The notes below the pieces were generated by a model. That model was not told the DNA's origin and ran no database searches. It was given only the letters and a program-made list of their open reading frames with translations. Made by a program: the position numbers and the translations under genes. DNA of 64,000 nucleotides from Podarcis pityusensis (taxonomy: Eukaryota): assembly GCA_964106645.2 (NCBI GenBank), contig OZ067041.1; one strand, written 5' to 3'. Shown here piece by piece: positions 1 through 12,266 of this stretch (position 1 is its first letter; each line of letters opens with the position of its first letter).

Positions 1-59
1 GCTCAGGGCTGATTTCCTTCAGAATGGATAGGTTTGATCTTCTTGCAGTCCATGGGACT
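1..59 (-). mobile_element. Bov-B (RTE) LINE fragment cut by window edge
   Basis: Nearly identical to 58839-58897 of the Bov-B copy (ctcagggctgatttccttcagaatggataggtttgatcttcttgcagtccatgggact). Confidence 0.85.
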
Positions 60-236
60 ATAAGCAATAATATCAAAAGTTGGATATACTTTACCACAAC
101 TGGCATGAGTTTATTGCCTTTTGAAATAGATATTTGTATATTGGAAACCTCAGACAAACCTGTGTTGAAATGAGCTTGCCTTTATAATGTTGTTTCTAAG
201 ACTTTTAACGTTAAATGGTCCAGTGTAATTTCATTA

Positions 237-977
237 CAGTGGTACCTTGGTTTTAGAACAGCCTAGTTTATAAACAACTTGGAAATAGAAGGCTGCAAAC
301 CCGGAAGTAGGTGTTCCGGTTTGTGAACTTTGACTTGGAAGCAGAACATGTTCCGCTTCCTATTGAGTGTTTTTCGTTTGTAAATTGAGTCCCCCGCTGC
401 TAATCAGAGGCTTCCTGTTGAGTGTGTCGATTGTTGAGTTCCGAGCACCCACGCAACACAGAGGTGATATTTGGGGCTTTTGTTTTTGCTATTTTTTTGC
501 ATTTTTGTTTGTGTGGCTTTTTCGTTGTGGTTTTTTTTTTACTGTGACTTGTTCTTTGTTTTATGGGACTGACTTGTGACTGTGGCTTGTGACTCCATTT
601 TTGTGACTGTGTGGAACCCAGTTCAGCTACTGATTGCTTGATTGTGTGACTGCAGAAATGAATAAAAGCCCTCCATCCAAACAATGAGTATCATCAGTGC
701 ACATAAGATTTTTTATATATGTAATTTATATCATCTGCAATACTGTCTTATTTATTTTATAGTACAGTACATTGATTATTGCTTTCATTTTATGGATCAA
801 CGGTCTCGTTAGATAGTAAAATTGATGTTAAATTGCTGGTTTAGGGGTTGTTTTTAAAAGTCTGGAATGGATTAATCCATTTTGCATTACTTTGTATGGG
901 AAAGCATACCTTGGGTTTGGAACGCTTTGGTTTTGGAACAGACTTCTGGAACGGATTAAGTTTTGGAGTCAAGGCTG
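237..977. mobile_element. Non-autonomous Tc1/mariner (Tigger/pogo-like) element, long form
   Basis: TA|CAGTGGTACCTTGG left end; degenerate right end CAAGG..CTG|TA; shares GGAACGGATTAAGTT subterminal motif with the shorter MITEs. Confidence 0.8.
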
Positions 978-3069
978 TATTGGCCAAGTGCTGTTTAGTT
1001 TCTGTGTGTGTGTTTTTACCGTGTGTCCTGGAATACATCTGGCCAGTAATGTCTTTCAGTTCAATCTTGTACATGTTTACTCAGATGTAAGGCGCACTGA
1101 GTTAAGTAGGACTTATTCTCAAATAAGTGTGTGCAGGATTGCAGACTGGCTGAAATTATCTTAGGATCCCAGCCAGTGTTTGAGCTTTGGGTGTCACTTT
1201 TGTTTTTGGACTTGCAATGCAAGAGTTGCTGGATTGAGCTGGTATAAACATTCCCCCTGCCCCCTGGTCATCTAGCACAGCAGAAGCAGAGTGCATCAAA
1301 GTAAGTGCAGCAAGCAACATTTCTTTCAAATGAGAAAACAGAACGACTGCTTTTGTTTTGCTGAAGTGAAAATTAACTTAGATGGGTGGCTAATCTTATT
1401 GACTGCATTAATTTAACTGCTGCTTAGCTGCTCTTTGGAGATTTGCATAATGGATGAGATATAGATGTTCCAGCCTGCACAACAGCAAGAGTTTATTCCA
1501 GTTCAGTATGCATGACCAGTGTGCTGTTTTATTAACATGATTGCTACAAATAGCAGAGATATCAGAGCAATGCTCATACAGTGTTGGGAATCAGACCATG
1601 AGATGTCATGAGCTGCCTTTTTTGTAAAAGAGATCGTCACTTTGGTTTAATTCCTTAATGCGTACAAAACTTTCGGAGGGATGAAAAGTGACTTGTGGAT
1701 CAGTGCCATCACTTGGAACGGCTACAGCCTTAGAAATTGAGTTATGGTTTCTATGTTCTAGTCATAGCAAGTACTTCTTCACATAATGCATAATTAATTT
1801 TTGGAATTCATTAAGGGAAGGATGAAGTGATGGCTGCCAGCTCAGATGGGTTTTAAAAATGGATTAGATGGAGTTCCGGAGGACAGGCTTATCAATGCCT
1901 ATTGGTCGTAATTGTTAAATGGCAGCACAACCGCTGAAGACCAGCTGTCAGGGGTAAACAAGTATCGTTCTTTGTGTTTTGCTTGTGGGTACCCAGAGGC
2001 ATCTGGCTGGCTGGAGACAAAATGCTGGAATAGATGAGTCTGATCCAGCAAAGTAATACCACAGAAGGTGGGGTCACTCCCTCATTATTAAGGTTAGGAA
2101 CACTCAGAAGTTGCTTGGGCACATGGAGGTGATTTATGGACACATGCCTTTAATGTGTTTCTTTCTCCCGACTCTGCCCCTGGCAGTTTCAGACTGCACC
2201 GAAGCATCCCCAGGATCTGACCCCTGGTTAAGAATGGTGCCAGTGCAACTTGGTAAAGGCTGGTGGCAGCTGGTGGTCTTGGATTCATGCTGGAGAAGCC
2301 ATAGTCTAGCAGAAGACCCCACACAAACCCTGTAGCCCAACACTAATCCCATTGTACAGGATCAGAAGACTTAGAGATGCTCTGACCCCAAGCAATTGGC
2401 TTGCATTGAAAGTAAGACATGTTTTGTTGTAAAATAGGGATCCACTCACTGTACTGAATTTATTCCACGTTTTTAAATGAACAGCTGGAAAGATAAATGA
2501 TGGAAGTCAAAGTTGCAAAATCTTTTCTTAATAGCTAGTGATTTATTATTCCTGTCATGGAACAGCGGGTAGAATGGCTGTTCTTTGATATAATTCTAAA
2601 TGGTGCTGGATTTATTGAAGTGTTCATGCAATATTTGAACTGTGTCTCTCCTGGTGCTTTATGGGAATCTAGCGTGCCCCATGATTACTTGGAGCAAAGT
2701 AATGGGAATCAGGAGAAATGGTTTAAGGGTCTTATAAGCCTTGAGTTCTATTCCTCGCAGTGCTGTAAAGTCTCCCAACGAGAAGGACATCACCGGTCAA
2801 TGCACACATGGGCAATGGAAGCAGGAAATAATTCCAGTCTGCGGGGATACCGTATGTGTATTCAACACCCGCTCACACAGGACATATGAAAGAGAAACTA
2901 AAAATACCTATGCAGCCATTATAGCAAGGTTGGGGGAAAGTAAAGGAGATTATCAACTACTAAATAGGAAAAGGGATTGTAGTTCTATGATAGAGTACAT
3001 CAAGGTATGTGTTTGTCCCATGTTCAGTCGCCAGCATCTCCACTTAGTAGGATTCCCAGCTGGGAAATA

Positions 3070-3308
3070 CAGTGGTACCTCGGTTTATGAACTTAAACCG
3101 TTCCGGAAGTACGTTCTTAAACCAAAACCATTCTTAAACTGAAGCGCGCTTTCCCTAATGAGGCCTCCCAGCTCCAGTGCCCTTCCACCGTTCGGATTCT
3201 GTTCTCAGACTGAGGTAAAGTTCTCAAACCGGGACACTTTCAGGTTTTGCAGAGTTTGTAAACCGAATCGTTCTTAAACCTGACTGTTCTTAAACCGAGG
3301 TACCACTG
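3070..3308. mobile_element. Tigger-like MITE (variant subfamily)
   Basis: TIR CAGTGGTACCTCGGTTTA / TAAACCGAGGTACCACTG with TA on both sides. Confidence 0.92.
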
Positions 3309-3619
3309 TAGCTCTCTCTGTTGCTGTCCCTCCCCTGCCTCTCTCTCTGAGACCTTTGAAACTCAGACAGTATTCCACTAGGTCAGGATGGGAGACCTTC
3401 AGCTTGTGTGCCAAACTTGGCCTGGCAAGCTTCTCCCTTTGACCCATCAGGCTATTTGGAGCAGGGCACATCACCCACCCTACATCTGGCTTCAAAGGAA
3501 CAGGAGTTATACGTAAGACAGCCTCTGAAGATGGAAACTTCAGCTGGCGCAGAATTTGACAGCCAGGTTGCTCACCGAGGCAAGATGAGCATATTGCACC
3601 GATCCTGGCCTGACTGCAC

Positions 3620-4041
3620 TGGCTGCCATTTTGTTTCAGGGCCCAGTTCAGAACCGCAGTAATACTTCAAGGACCACCTCTCTCCATATGAACCTACCTA
3701 GACCCTGAGATCATCCTCTGAAGCCCTTCTTTGTGTGCTTCCTCCATATGAGGTCCAGAGGGTGGCAACACAAGAACTTTCTGCAGTGGCTCCCTGTTTG
3801 TGGAATGCTCTCTTCCGAGAGGCTTGCCTGACACCATCTTTAGGTGCCAGGCAAAAATGTTCCTCTTCAACCAAGCCTCTGGCTGATTAATATTCTACAG
3901 CCTTTTAAATTGGGGGGGGGGGCAGGATTATTGTTTGTTCTTGTTTTTATTATGTATTTTGTGTTTTTTAAAAATCTTGCATTCTTATGTAGTGAACTGC
4001 GCTGAGATCTACAGATGAAGGGCAGTACACTAATTTAGTAA
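3620..4041 (+). mobile_element. Degenerate L2-clade LINE 3' fragment
   Basis: cactggctgcca...tacttcaaggaccacctctctccatatgaacc (decayed HWLP...YLKDHL motif) followed by an AT-rich 3' UTR; boundaries approximate. Confidence 0.65.
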
Positions 4042-4147
4042 TTTTGTTGTTGTTTAGTCGTTTAGTCGTGTCCGACTTTTCGTGACCCCATGGACCAGAG
4101 CATGCCAGGCACTCCTGTCTTCCACTGCCTCCCGCAGTTTGGTCAAA
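4042..4147 (-). mobile_element. Short 5'-truncated Bov-B insertion
   Basis: Encodes EAVEDRSAWHALVHGVTKSRTRLND* with (CAA)n tail; 10-bp TSD aatttagtaa at 4032-4041 and 4148-4157. Confidence 0.9.
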
Positions 4148-6478
4148 AATTTAGTAAATAATGACAATAATAAAGAGAGTTCTCCGTTATTCCTTTGCTC
4201 AAGCAATGCACACTCCCGATGTCTGTCAGCTGATGGGTGTTGAAAGTGCACCTTGCTCTGGGAGAAGGGGGAAAGAGTTTCCATCAAAACCACTTTTAAA
4301 ACCTTAGTCCCATAGGTTATGAAGCTGTACTGTTGACACTAAACATGGGCAGTGTTAACCAGATTGGATGATGTAGGAAACTGTGATTGTCTAAAAGTGA
4401 TGGTGAACACTTCTAAGCTCTTCCTTTTCAGCCGAAGTGTCTTACCAGTGGGTCCAATGTTGCTTTCGTTTCCCACCTTAACCAGGGCTGGGCGATGTAT
4501 TGTCCAAAACTGGTTTGACCTGGCAATATATTGCATATCATGATGCGTGTGTGTGTGCTGTGCAAAAATCACACTGTGGGGAAAACTGTGAAGCCATTCT
4601 ATGCTTCTACACAGCTCCATCCTTATTTCAGACATCGTGATATATTGGTATATCGTTTAACTGGTGATATGCTTCAGAGTTGAATACCAGATATGCCCAA
4701 CCCCAAACCTTAACCTGCTATGTAGAAGTGAGCAGCGCGGTTAAGTGTGCTCATCTGTCAGTGACATTGAAGGCTTGGGCAGAGGCAAAGTTGTCATGCA
4801 TATGAGAAGAGAATACTTCACGGTGCATTGCCAGATCTCCATGCTGCATGACCAGTTATTCTGTGCTAAAACACACTAATGAGGGCTTAGAATCGCAACA
4901 GGGAGCAATTAATTAATGGTGCCTCTTGAGTTTATCAAAGGCGCTTGCACTGAGAAATCTTAATACACTTGGGGATATTTGCTCTTCCTCGTAAGTGGCT
5001 TGACATACTTCTTTCAAGCACTTTTTACTTTTAAAAATATAGCTGCTTTAAAACTTTGATTTCCCGGAATGAAGAAATCTACAGCCAAAGGCTCTTCTTT
5101 CATATCTTTCTTTTCTGAATTTGATCACAATTGCTTCATTCACTTGTTGTCCTTTTCACCTAAGAATTTTTTGCCCAAGTAGACTTCGCCCTTTCTCATT
5201 ACTAAACTCTTCGTTAGTTTTCGTTTAGCTAGAAGTACCAGGATGAAATGGTAGAACCTAGAGGTCAAAGTTATGTTGGCAATAATATTAAACTGGTTAC
5301 CTTCCGGTCTGATTTAGGAGAAAAGTGCCATTGTTTTCATTGAGCATAAGCAGTTTCTCGCCTTAATTCTTGAAGGCTGTTGGATTACTTTCTTGGTGAC
5401 ATGTTGCTTCTGAATTCATCGGTTAGTGCTAACACTTTGTTTGACACAGATTTCCAGGTGTAGGCACCTCTCCATCTTCTGCCGTGACAGCTGATGCAAA
5501 GATTTGTTCCTGCAATGTCTCTGTCAGTATTCAGTGCCTTTGCCACCTAACAGTTCAGTTTCCTTATATTTATAATGTTAATGCCAAAGACGCATGGCTT
5601 GTGTTGTGCTTGTGCCGTGGGACTTTTCTGCTGCCCCTTTCCCACTACCACCTTTGCGGCCCCTGAAGTTCTGTGGGACCTTCCAGAACAGAAAGTGGCT
5701 TGGTGTAAGGGGAGCAGGTGGGATAGGCTGGTAACTGAGAGAAATCAGAGAATTCAGCAATGCACATTTTGCATTACAGTTGGAGAAAAGTGTGAGGGTG
5801 AAAGATGTGACTTTCAGCTGCCTAGATAAGCTATGCACCAACATTTAAGTGTTCCTAAATATTGATTTTAGTATTTAACCAGTCATTATAGCCTACTTTC
5901 CTAGGATCACATTTGAATCCATATTCTACTGGATCTGTCATGTTGATGGTTGATTTATCCACTGAACGCTAACTTCTAGGAATGTGCACATTACCTCCTG
6001 TGTGTATTACTCCACATTTACCCTGCCTTGCATTTCATTTTCTAATTCAGCTTTCTGGGTGGGGCAGGCAATGGAGTATGATACTGTGATGAGCCATGGC
6101 TTGTCACAATGGGAAAAAGCTACAAGAAGCCTCAGGCCCTTTCCCCACTCTCCTACTCCAGCACAGGTTGAAGGAGAGCAGAAACTTTTGCTTAACTGCA
6201 CTTGAGCGCTATGTCTGAACGCTAAACTGTGGTTAATCTTAACTATATTTTCTTGAAACGAGAGGGCTTCATAATCCAAAGTTTGAAGAACCCCAATGTT
6301 TAGATTAGCCACAGTTTTTCAGGTGTAGATAAGATGACTAGCTGCCGTTGATCAGAAACGGCAGCAGAAGAGCTTCCATCTTCCTCCCCAAAGCCACACT
6401 GCAGAATGGAAGGAAATGGGGCTTATTGTCTGAATGCAGCCAGTGTTCCAGTTCATATCTTTACACCAGGTCCTAGTT

Positions 6479-6860
6479 CAGGGGTCAGCAAACTTACCGC
6501 GCCTGGGGCCGGTGTCTCCAGCACCGATCATGCGGCGGGCCGGAGGGTGGGGGAGCGCATGCGCACACACATGCTCACACGCTATTTCCGGTGCACTTCC
6601 GGGTCGGAGGAGCACCGGAAATAGCTTGTGTGCATGTGCACGGGCCTCTGACCCAGATGTGCACCGGAAATAACACTTGAGCACGCACAAATAACGCTTG
6701 TTCATGCGCACAAGCTATTTCCGGTGCTCCTCTGACCTGGAAGTGGGCAACAGCGCAGCGCCAGTAAGATTGGGCAGCAGGCAGTGGGGGTTGCGGCAGG
6801 CCAGATAAACAAGTCCCTTGGGCCTTATCTGGCCCGCGGACCTTAGTTTGGGGACCCCTG
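6479..6860. mobile_element. hAT-family MITE
   Basis: TIR CAGGGGTCAGCAAACT / AGTTTGGGGACCCCTG; perfect 8-bp TSD tcctagtt (6471-6478, 6861-6868); internal tatttccggtgc / gcaccggaaata palindromic repeats. Confidence 0.92.
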
Positions 6861-7771
6861 TCCTAGTTCCTTCTCTTTCATTTACGGTAGAAAGTGACTA
6901 TGGAAAGGATCCCAAAGTATTGGCCATATATGGGTTGTTCCATTCAAACTTATTGCTACAAGTGCTTCCTCTCCAGCTCTTCTCCTATCCTTGGCTATTC
7001 ACCAACACAATAGAGTCCCCCACAAAAAACCCACACCCCTATCCCAGTCTCTTTCCTGCCCCCATTTTGTGGCTATCTGCTTCCTATCCACCCCATTTCT
7101 CACACACAGTTGTAACACACCAATACAGTTTCTAGGGAAGATGAGGCTTAATTCACTTCCAAGCAGTTGAAAATCAGCCTGAGTCAGTAGCTGGACAAGT
7201 AGGGAACCAGAGTACAGCATTAGCAAAAGTTTTTGTTTTCACTTTGTAGAACTGAGAACCCAAAATGTTCTGGGTAACTGCATTTGCCCACCTTGATCCA
7301 GCTTTAGGAATCTGCGAAGGCAGACCCTGTGGTAAAGGAGGGATGCTAGAGTCTGTACCATATTTCTAGAAACATCTCCACGTTCTTGGTTGTGTAACCA
7401 AAACTTGGCATGTGCCATGTAGCCAGTGGGTAATTCTTTGGAGCATTATATAGTTATCTCCCGGTTTCCTGTCCTTGTAGCTGCTAGATAATGACCGGGG
7501 GGAAAGGAAGAGGGTTTCTGCAGCCAGAATGTGCAGGATTTAACCAAACTTGAACCCCAGCCTATGCAACTTGTTACCAGAATGCACGAGGTTTACTGAA
7601 GTCCAAATTGCCTTCTGTACAGGACTGGCGAGTTGCATTTGACTTGATGGGTCCCAAGTTATGTGAAACTGCTTTAATGACAGTGTCAGTCATTTATCTT
7701 CCTGGTGAGATAGAAATAGACACTGGATTTTCCCCCTGTTTAAAAACCAAATATTTTAAAAGTTCTTTTAG

Positions 7772-8510
7772 CATGGGCGTAGCCAGGATTTATGTTGGGG
7801 AGGGGCAGGACACCCACCTGGCACCATCCTCTGTCTGGCTCTGTCTAGCAGAATCGGAATGAAATGTCTCAACAGCAGTTGTTTTGAATTACTTTCTTTT
7901 GACCCCGTGCTCAGAAAAATCTGTCAAAATCTTCAGTCATTTGAAAATTATGCAGTTAAATAAAAAAATATCACCAGGGAGTACCTTTCATGTGGTTAAT
8001 ATTTTGCAATATTACAAAGAACACACCTTTTTTATCTTATTTTTAAAAATATCTGAACTAAAGCAAGTTTTCTTGGATTTACTGAAATCCTTTTCAGAAC
8101 TTCCACGTGATTGGTCAGTTTGTGGAAGACACACCCACCTCTCAGTCAGGTTACCAGTTGCGTTGCTAGAATGCACCACAATGATTTCAAATATTCTGAT
8201 TATTTCTACTTTTAGTTGAGTTTTTTTATTTACAGTGGTACCTCGAGTTAAGAACTTAATTTGTTCTGGAGGTCCGTTCTTAACTTGTAACTGTTCTTAA
8301 CCTGAGGTACCACTTTAGCTAATGGGGCCTCCCACTGCCGCTGCGCCGCATGATTTCTGTTCTCATCCTGAAGCAAAGTTCTTAACCCGAGGTACTATTT
8401 CTGGGTTAGCGGAGTCTGTAACCTGAAGCGTCTGTAACCTGAAGCATCTGTAATCCGAGGTACCACTGTACTTGATGCGGGGGCAGCTTCCCCCCCTGGC
8501 TACGCCCATG
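7772..8510. mobile_element. Non-autonomous DNA transposon with 16-bp TIR, containing a nested Tigger-like MITE
   Basis: CATGGGCGTAGCCAGG (7772-7787) and its exact reverse complement at 8495-8510; no clear TSD. Confidence 0.75.
8233..8468 (-). mobile_element. Tigger-like ~240-bp MITE (main family)
   Basis: CAGTGGTACCTC TIRs, TA TSD, family core ttagctaatggggcctc...ctcatcctgaagcaaagttcttaa. Strand is relative to the family orientation. Confidence 0.93.
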
Positions 8511-10376
8511 TGTAGCATTCCTTCAGTTACCTGCCTGTCCAAACTGGTACCAAGGAAAGGAAACCCAAACCTGGCGTATTGAGCAAAAGCCAGGCCTTCC
8601 TCCCCGCTGCAGCAGAGAGGCAAATACGCTTTGGGACAAGGAAAAGAGGTGGCGAAAGCCTTGGAAACAAGAGCAAAATGTAAATGTGTTAAATGGCACA
8701 TGAACTAGTTGGGCTCCGTTGATTTATTACTGGAAAAACTGTCAAAGGTTCTGGTTAGCTTGCATTAAGAAAAAGAAAAGGCACTAATGTGTTCGTAGCA
8801 GTCAGTGCAGGGGGGGGGATGGTTAAAGTATATCAGCTGTAAATTGGTGCAAAGCACTAAAAGGGACATTAGCCTCTAATCAGATTCCAACACTTCATTA
8901 AACCTGCCGGCTGGCTTTGAGAATGGTTCTTTTGTCTCCCATCTCTCTGCCCCCTTCTGGCCTTACTTTCAGTGGGAGGGGGCCCCTTTATCCATTTGGG
9001 CAAGACCACCTCCAGGATGCAGAATAGCAGGTTTGGCTCATCCTTCATTTTCCTACAGGCTGTAAGCAGCGATTGGCAAACCTGCACAGCTGGTGACCCA
9101 CCAGGGGCACATCAGCCATGTGTACCAGCCTGTGGAGGCTCAATAAAACCTCCCAGTTTTGCTTCTTGCCTATAAATGCAAAGAAGAAGAACTGAGGAGG
9201 GGGGGAGCCAAGCCCCTGGTAGCCTATAATGTATAGCTGACGGGCTGCTTTTGGCTTGACAGATCCTAAGCTAGGCAAGTCTGGCTCCAGGGATATTTTA
9301 TTGTAGAATCGGGCACAGTCTTGCAGCGAATATCAGGGCTGGCTTTTCACAACTCACAAAAGAGGGAACAATTTTAAATGAAAGGCTTGGTTGAAATGAG
9401 AGCCTCGCTGGTCACCCCCCCTTTTTTTGACTCCACCCTAGGCTAATGGCCAAGCCACAGATGCTAGATGACACCCTAGGATGTGAAATCTGGGTCCAAT
9501 AAGTAAACACAAACTTTTTCTAGGAAGAGGATTAATTCTGGAATGATTTCTTTCCATGCTTTGGGGCGCCTTAGTTGAACACTCCTAATCACTTATTAGT
9601 TCACACAAACCCCATCGTCACCCACCACTCCGATAGGAAATTAGCTAAACCTTTTGTGTTCCTTAGGGATGACTTTTCCTCCTAAAAGCAAGTAATGGCT
9701 TTTATTTGATTGGAACTTTTATGTGTGTGAAGAAGACCCAAAGCATCAAATTCTGCTCCCAGGTATTCAGAATTCTGAAACAAGAAAGCTGAACCTTGCA
9801 CCCTGTTTTTTAAACTTATTTTTTGCAAATTAATAAATTTCCACACAGTCTCTTATTTGCATAATTTAGTTTGCAGAGCTATGTTGGTGCAGCTGTGAAG
9901 GGCACTGAACTTCCATCCCCTATCACAGGAAATCAATTTCAGCCACTTTTCTCACTTCTCAGACATTAAAGCAGGCTTTAAACCATGCCTTTTGGAGCAC
10001 ATCTTTGCAGCCATGATGGCTAGAAACTTGCTATTTAAAGAAAGAAAACCTGAGATGCTCAGGAAGTTGAACGATGTGCCCAACAGCACACTCTGTTCTT
10101 TCCTGTGGAATTATGACATAGTCATAGCTCTGGTTATGTAACTTGTAAGGAAAGTGACCTCAAAAAGTAAGCAGTGTTGATATTTTGGTAATATGTTCTA
10201 ATTTATTTAAACTTACACAGTTGATGAATTGCTTGACTTTCTTTTCTTTTATTTTTTAACTTCCGAGAAGTCTTGAATTGGTTAAGTGCCCTGGTTATTT
10301 CATGGCTTCTCCCTTCTCAAAGCTCACCCTTGTTTTCCTTGTTCTCTTTAAAGGACATTAACACATTGGAAGCAGA

Positions 10377-10442
10377 ATGCTAATGCTTGATGGGATGCCT
10401 GCAGTCAGAGTCAAAACAGAGCTGCTGGAATCAGAACAAGGC
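10377..10442 (+). CDS. KLF12: KLF12 small N-terminal coding exon (exon 10354-10442; coding from ATG 10377), MLMLDGMPAVRVKTELLESEQG
   Basis: Polypyrimidine tract plus AAG acceptor at 10351-10353; GC|GTAAGT donor at 10443. The 22 codons match the vertebrate KLF12 N-terminus as I recall it, and the phase-0 end joins in frame to the exon at 52405 (QG|SPN). Confidence 0.93.
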
Positions 10443-11033
10443 GTAAGTGCGAGTCTCTTTCATCACAATTTCATTTTCCTTTTTGCCTAGTCACGTTGTT
10501 GGTAAACCTTTACAGGATTTCCCTTCGCTCCTCTCCCTATTTTCAGAGGAGAGTTTGTTGCAAGGTGCCTACCAATTAATGGCAGCCACAGACAGGCGAC
10601 TTTTTTTTTTTTTTTTTGGTAAATTCCCTTCTCCTGGTCGACTGAGGTAACATCTATTTCCTCAGCACCTCCAGTCCACTTGGCCAAGACGTCTCTGTTA
10701 GCCAGGAAGCTGCATCACGACACCCTAAACCATGGGTAGCCAGTGCAGTGCCTTCCAGTTGTTTTGGAGTCCAACTCCCATGATCCTCAGCGAGCAAAAC
10801 TAATTGTCAGGTATGATGGAAGTTGAAGTTGAAAACATCCATAGCACACAGCAATGGTAATCCCTATGCCAAACCATTGGTTTTCAAACTGGGTGTGAGG
10901 AAAACCTTGAGCTCCTTTGGAAGCTTTGCTGTGGTTCCTTGTGGAGAAGATCAGGGGTGGTGGACAAGATTTCACCACTTGCTTGCAGCTACTGATCATC
11001 CCTTTAAAAGGCAGTGGGGAACCTTCCCCAGGT

Positions 11034-11643
11034 ATTGAAATTGAAATACTTTATTGTTACTTGTGCAACTTGTATACAGTGAGATTACACGAGCACACCC
11101 CACTCAGCTCTCTTAGTCTTAATTCCCCTTGTTTACTGACACACACACACCAAACCCGAAAGTCAGTTGCCCTGTTGTTATCTTTTCATTCAGCAGCCTA
11201 ACAGCGCACGGATAGAAGCTGTTCTTTACCCTGTTGGTGCGACTAATCATGCTTCTGTATCTTCTGCCTGAGGGCAGGAGATCAAGAAAGTGCCAGCCAG
11301 GGTGTGAATCATCTCTGAGAATTTCCCTCACTCTCCTGAGGCAACGTTCTTCCGCTATTTCATCCAGCAGATTCACAGGACAGCCCATAATATCTTGTGC
11401 TGTATTCACCACCCTCTGTAGGCACTTCCTATCAGTTGATGTCAAACCACCGTACCACGCCGTGATGCAGTATGAAAGGACACTTTCTATTGTGGACCGG
11501 TAGAAGGAGATCATCAAATGTTGATTGACATGGTTCTTTTGCAATACTCTGAGGAGATGGAGTCTCTGTTGGGCTTTCTTAACCACCTGGGTTGTATTGA
11601 TTTTCCAAGTAAGGTCTTCACTGAGATAAACTCCTAGGATAAA
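11034..11643 (-). mobile_element. Rex1/Babar-clade LINE, 5'-truncated 3' end (post-RT DUF1891-like region)
   Basis: Open frame LGVYLSEDLTW...KKAQQRLHLLR...FYRSTIESVLSYCITAWYG...LQRVV...SHPG...LLPSGRRYRS...NSFYP.AVRLLN; 3' UTR ends in AATAAA plus (TTTCAA)2 on the minus strand. Confidence 0.88.
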
Positions 11644-12133
11644 CACCCTTGCTTGGGCTCTGCATATCATTGGACTGTTAATAATGCCTCTTGGAGGATA
11701 GACAAGAAGGTGTGGGTGGGTGGGTGGGTGGATGGGTGGGTGTACATGTGTGGAAATCTTTTTCCAGCTGGAATGGGTCCTCCTGCAAAATGGAAGACTC
11801 CAGTCTATCGATCTTCCCACTTTTGCTTCTGGTCCCACCTGCTGCTGGAAAGCATTCCACAAGGAGATGCAACCCTGAAGCTGATGCAGATCCCCCACCC
11901 CTACTTTACAATGGGCAGCCGGCTGGTAGCATTGAGTGTTCCCAAAGGTGCACCCTCAGTTCGTGTGGAGCAACGCGAGGCCCTGTCCCCCAAGCACCTT
12001 TGCAGGACTCATTGGCGAGTGGGAGCAGACCCACGTCTTGCCAAGTGATTTGGTAGAACACAGTGCCTGGACGTGTTTCCTTATATCTGTATAATCAAAG
12101 AAGCTCAGTGCATTCCTGTTTGTTTTGTTTTTG

Positions 12134-12266
12134 ATAGAATTGTAGAGTTGGAAAGGACCATGGGGGTCATCAAGTCCAATACCCAAATTGCAGGAATTTT
12201 TTTGCCCAATGTGAGGCTCGAACCCTCAACACTGAGATTAAAATTCTCGTGCTCTACTGACTAAGA
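12134..12266 (-). mobile_element. tRNA(Lys)-like-headed SINE with CR1-type tail
   Basis: Minus strand reads tagtcagtagagcacgagaattttaatctcagtgttgagggttcgagcctcacattgggc (A/B boxes), then ccttccaactctacaattctat as in the CR1 3' end at 32123-32190. Confidence 0.8.

Noticed and set aside
11119-11898. 259-aa ORF as a host gene
   Set aside because: Only the C-terminal part is Rex1-like TE sequence; the N-terminal ~85 aa are chance read-through of flanking DNA including a (GGGT)n tract.
12200-12266. Functional tRNA genes at SINE heads (also 48480-48540 and 55457-55530)
   Set aside because: Stems are degenerate and run directly into LINE-derived tails, two of the three with clear TSDs; these are SINEs.
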